Shown piece by piece: positions 6,290-6,359 of a stretch of 6,359 nucleotides of DNA. Origin of the DNA: Amoeboradix gromovi X-113. Lineage: Eukaryota > Fungi > Sanchytriomycota. Below the pieces are notes generated by a model, which did not search any database, was not told where the DNA came from, and saw nothing but the letters and a program-made list of their open reading frames with translations. A program made the position numbers and the translations under genes. The stretch covers positions 1 through 6,359 of the forward strand of contig JADGIF010000585.1 in assembly GCA_018985225.1 (NCBI GenBank). The letters are read 5' to 3'. Numbering within the stretch: position 1 is the first letter of the stretch; each line of letters opens with the position of its first letter.

Positions 6290-6359
6290 ATGCTATCATT
6301 AATAAAAGATCTTCTATTATACCAATTTTCTTTCATTGATTGTATTCCTCTTTTTAAAA
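6290..6359 (+). CDS. Possible 5' start of a downstream gene (MLSLIKDLLLYQFSFIDCIPLFK...), truncated
   Basis: ATG in GAAATG context about 45 nt downstream of the TATAAAAA in the right repeat, open to the window edge, with a hydrophobic N-terminus. A competing minus-strand frame (6357-6247) is also open. Confidence 0.25.
   Translation, partial: MLSLIKDLLLYQFSFIDCIPLFK

Overview
AT-rich eukaryotic DNA in the standard genetic code, most likely from a fungus or early-diverging fungal relative with a very compact genome (taxon is inference). It holds five tightly packed and essentially intron-free genes: a fungal-type UCS-domain myosin chaperone (She4/UNC-45 family, +), a lysine-rich orphan (-), the mitochondrial Rad52-family protein Mgm101 (-), the ER lipid-linked oligosaccharide translocation protein Rft1 (+) and a small multi-pass membrane protein resembling a conserved fungal DUF family (-). 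Using first-ATG starts, the spacers are 28, 137, 28 and -6 bp, so about 97% of 405-6213 is coding. AATAAA signals sit on or beside most stop codons. The main feature the ORF track does not explain is a 31-bp inverted repeat (29/31 identical, 233-263 and 6227-6257). It brackets the whole five-gene block, carries an outward-facing TATAAAAA and is flanked by a degenerate direct repeat. There is also a candidate 28-nt intron and a thrice-repeated AAATGGCTWGTT motif upstream of genes. No rRNA, tRNA, CRISPR array or transposase is visible.
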